64,000 nt of DNA from the human T2T-CHM13v2.0 reference genome, Homo sapiens: assembly GCF_009914755.1 (NCBI RefSeq), contig NC_060931.1. One strand, written 5' to 3'. The stretch's first letter is position 1; each line of letters starts with the position of its first letter. The notes under the pieces were generated by a model. That model saw only the letters and a program-made list of their open reading frames with translations. It was not told the DNA's origin and did not search any database. The position numbers and the translations under genes were made by a program. This document shows, one piece after another, positions 62,899 to 64,000 of the stretch.

Positions 62899-64000
62899 GT
62901 AAGAGCGGCATCACCTCCGCGCTCGGGTGGGCAGTGTGGAGGTCGTCGAGTTCTGACAGAATTTCGAGGATGGATCGGGACGAGGGAGGAGAGCGGTCGT
63001 CGGGATGGAGGTGGGGGCTCCGGGGCCAACGCGTCGCCCTCCGTCGCCGGCGACTTTCCCGGCAGTCTCCCGTACCTGAGGGCCGGGGTCAGCCGCGACC
63101 CCTTCTCATCAGTCGGCCGGTGGCGGAGGCTCAGCCGCCTTCCTCCCGAGCTCGCGCGGTCCTCAAGTCTTGATGGTGACGGGCCGAAGCCCAGCGCGCC
63201 ACCCGCCCCTCGGGCCCCGCTTCCAGGCCCCTGTCCTTTGCTTCCTTCCCTTGGCGCTGTGCTGAGGGGTCGTCGGGTCCTGGAAGGGCGTTCAGGGGTC
63301 TCGGGTGGCTAGCCCGGCTGGCGGGGAGATGTCAGCTAGCGGCCGGAGGAGCGGGCTCGGGAGGGGGCGGCGGCTCGCGCGCTGGAGGAGGTGGAAGGAG
63401 GGTCGCTGCCCTGCCCCCTCTGAGCAGGCGGCAGTCGAGTTTTCTGATCCCAACACGGCGGAGTGGGTGCTTAAGGCATGGGCCTTAAGGGATAGTTCCC
63501 GTCTGGAAACAATACCGTGCTCCATCAGCATGCTTCAGCTTTTCTTATTTTTATCTGCCCAGTGTTGACAGCCAGCATTCTGGTATTGTCCTTCGAGTCA
63601 TGGCTTTCTAACTCAGCACCTCCTTGTGTAACTTCAGGGATCATTCTGTCACTAATCTGTCACCCTTCTTATTTTTAGCGTGGCGAAAACAAGGAACTGC
63701 CTTATACTAACCTGGGCAGTGCAGAATCTGGAACAATTTATTAATCTCAGTGTGTACTTTACATGCCAAGTAATTTTGAAATTCATGGTGAATATTAAAT
63801 ATTTTGTAGTTTTCGGTTGCTTTCTTTGTTAATAGTATATCCTCCTTGCTTTGAGACTACTTTTCAGGTGTGATACTTTAATCTTAAGGTTTTTGGTTAG
63901 CTTTTGCCATTTTTAAACGTTTCTTTCATTTTTTTTTTCTCCAAGACTTTGGCAAGAGACTTAGTATTTGATCTTGTTTTCAGGTATTTTTGTAAAGTTT

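Larger units (their letters stand above)
61940..63470. promoter_or_regulatory. CpG island / bidirectional promoter shared by TMEM60 (-) and PHTF2 (+)
   Basis: Sharp rise in GC and CpG content. CCAAT/ATTGG boxes at 62434, 62468, 62551 and 62626. GC boxes at about 62666 and 62684. Divergent first-exon donors on either side. Confidence 0.9.

Noticed and set aside
62151-63568. Arg/Pro/Gly-rich ORFs in the CpG island
   Set aside because: GC-rich stop-codon depletion. The putative PHTF2 exon 1 contains no ATG.

Overview
Primate (very likely human) genomic DNA from the RSBN1L-TMEM60-PHTF2 locus (7q11.23, from recall). The + strand carries coding exons 2-8 of RSBN1L (378-43112). All six introns between them are GT-AG and phase-compatible, and the exons encode a DPY-21/RSBN1-type JmjC-like demethylase domain. 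A 3'UTR follows, with proximal (about 43.2-43.6 kb) and distal (about 46.9 kb) poly(A) signals. The - strand carries the complete two-exon TMEM60 gene (CDS 57900-58301), which shares a CpG-island bidirectional promoter with the non-coding first exon of PHTF2. The rest is dense with Alus plus L1/L2/MIR, MaLR/ERV LTRs and DNA transposon relics. Almost all other ORFs in the track are Alu-derived noise. The most interesting observations are: (1) an ATF4-like TMEM60 leader, with an AUG-UGA start-stop element followed by a spliced 76-codon uORF that overlaps the main CDS out of frame and is invisible to the six-frame track; (2) a tandem duplication of the whole RSBN1L exon-4 3' splice site, creating a competing poison acceptor; (3) an inverted Alu pair present only in the long RSBN1L 3'UTR; (4) fossil template-switch events, namely an inverted MST internal segment with a fold-back junction and a two-template local insertion; (5) an Alu-Alu palindrome with a 6-bp spacer. 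Repeat family names come from recalled consensus sequences and their boundaries are approximate.
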